DNA from: Lama guanicoe
Taxonomy: Eukaryota
Direction of reading: 5' to 3'
DNA: 64,000 nt
Assembly: GCA_013239625.1 (NCBI GenBank)
Contig: MU053758.1
Location: forward strand, 62,001 to 126,000
Below the pieces are notes generated by a model. It was not told the origin of the DNA, made no database searches, and saw nothing but the letters and a program-made list of their open reading frames with translations. Position numbers and translations under genes: made by a program. The first letter of the stretch is position 1, and the number at the start of each line of letters is the position of its first letter. This document shows, piece by piece, positions 62,908 to 64,000 of this stretch.

Positions 62908-63722
62908 TGATTTAGTTCTCTATGGCTGTGTGACAAAGGACCTGAACATTTTAGCAACTTAAAACTAGCTTTTATCCAGAAATAGAAAGAAAAATGTCAT
63001 ATGGCATCACTTATATGTGGAATCTAAAAAAAAAAGGGGACACAAATGAACTTATTTATGAAACAGAAACACACTCACAGACATAGAGAACAAACTTATG
63101 GTTACTGGGGGTAAAGAGGGTGGGAAGAGATGAATAGGAAATTCAAAAATTGCACCTCTTGGTGAGTGATGGAAGTGTTAGCTAACTTGATTGTGGTAGT
63201 GGTTTCATTGGTGTATATATACATCTATCAAAATTCATTAAATCATACATTTGAAATATACATAGTTTACTATACAGGAACCATATCACAATAAAGATGT
63301 TAAAAAAAAAACCCTAGCATTTATTATCTCACACAGTTTCTGTGAGCCAGGAGTCCTCACAAAGTTGCAGTCATCTCAAAGCCTGATCAGGCGCTGAGGG
63401 TCTGTGTCCAAACTGACTCCTGTGGTTGCTGACAGGCCTCAGGTCTACACTGGCTGCTGGCCTGAGGCTTCAGTTCCTGGCCCTGTGGGCCTCCCTGTAG
63501 GCCTGTCCATCACCTGGCAAATTGCTGCCCTCCAGAGCAAGGGTTTCAAAAAGAGGAAGAGCAGGAGAGTCAGCGAGTGCCCAGGAGGGAAGCTGCAGTC
63601 TTTTAACCTGCAATGGAAGAGATGTCCCTTCGCTTCTGCCCAAGACCACTGGTCACTCAGGCTAACCCTGGCTGTGGCCACCAAGAGGCAGGCACCACTG
63701 AGGCCATCTTGGAGGCTGGCTA
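62908..63722 (-). mobile_element. MLT1-type LTR interrupted by an L1 fragment
   Basis: tctatggctgtgtgacaaa...catttattatctcacacagtttctgtgagccaggagt...ggccatcttggaggctggcta. Confidence 0.65.
62976..63310 (+). mobile_element. L1 3' end with poly-A
   Basis: tcacttatatgtggaatctaaaa, acagacatagagaacaaacttatggttac, caataaagatgttaaaaaaaaaa; flanks ctagcttttat/ctagcatttat look like a TSD. Confidence 0.8.
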
Positions 63723-64000
63723 TCAATTTCCAACACATACCTGGCACAGAGAAGATGCTCAAGAAATGGTTGTAGAATGAAAGAATGAAGGTAGGAATGG
63801 TTTCAACAGAAATCAATTTTTGTGGGGAATTAATAGTCCTGATCATTGTAGGAAAATGGGGCGAGAGGATGGTCGTGTTCCAGGTCTCAGGTGAGTCCAT
63901 GCGATGTGCCCTGTCAAGTGAGGGTCCTTGGCTTAGAGCAGGAAAACATTCAAGAGTGAACCAGAGTAAAGTGAAAGTAGCTTTATTTGGGGAGATACAC

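Noticed and set aside
54540..64000. PHOSPHO1 as the gene served by the CpG island
   Set aside because: No PHOSPHO1 coding motif (e.g. DFDETI) is visible in the window; it probably lies further downstream.

Overview
This is mammalian genomic DNA, probably camelid (alpaca/camel), judging from repeated tRNA-Ala-derived Vic-1-type SINEs. The + strand carries the five coding exons of ZNF652 (18483-30990; nine C2H2/C2HC fingers, acidic N-terminal part, Pro/His-rich tail). They are preceded by a repeat-rich first intron and followed by a repeat-poor 3'UTR of about 9 kb. The codon matching the recalled human start ATG reads ATA here and overlaps the stop of a uORF. Downstream lie a nested ERVL/MaLR/SINE/L1 complex (about 41-50 kb) and an orphan CpG island with an adjacent solo LTR (about 54.4-55.9 kb). 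The most interesting signal is on the - strand at about 58.3-62.9 kb: four colinear, stop-riddled exon-like segments resembling an ankyrin-repeat/SOCS-box (ASB4/10/16/18-type) gene, a candidate unitary pseudogene invisible to the ORF track. Repeat boundaries and subfamilies are by eye. Protein comparisons use my recollection of human sequences, not a database search.
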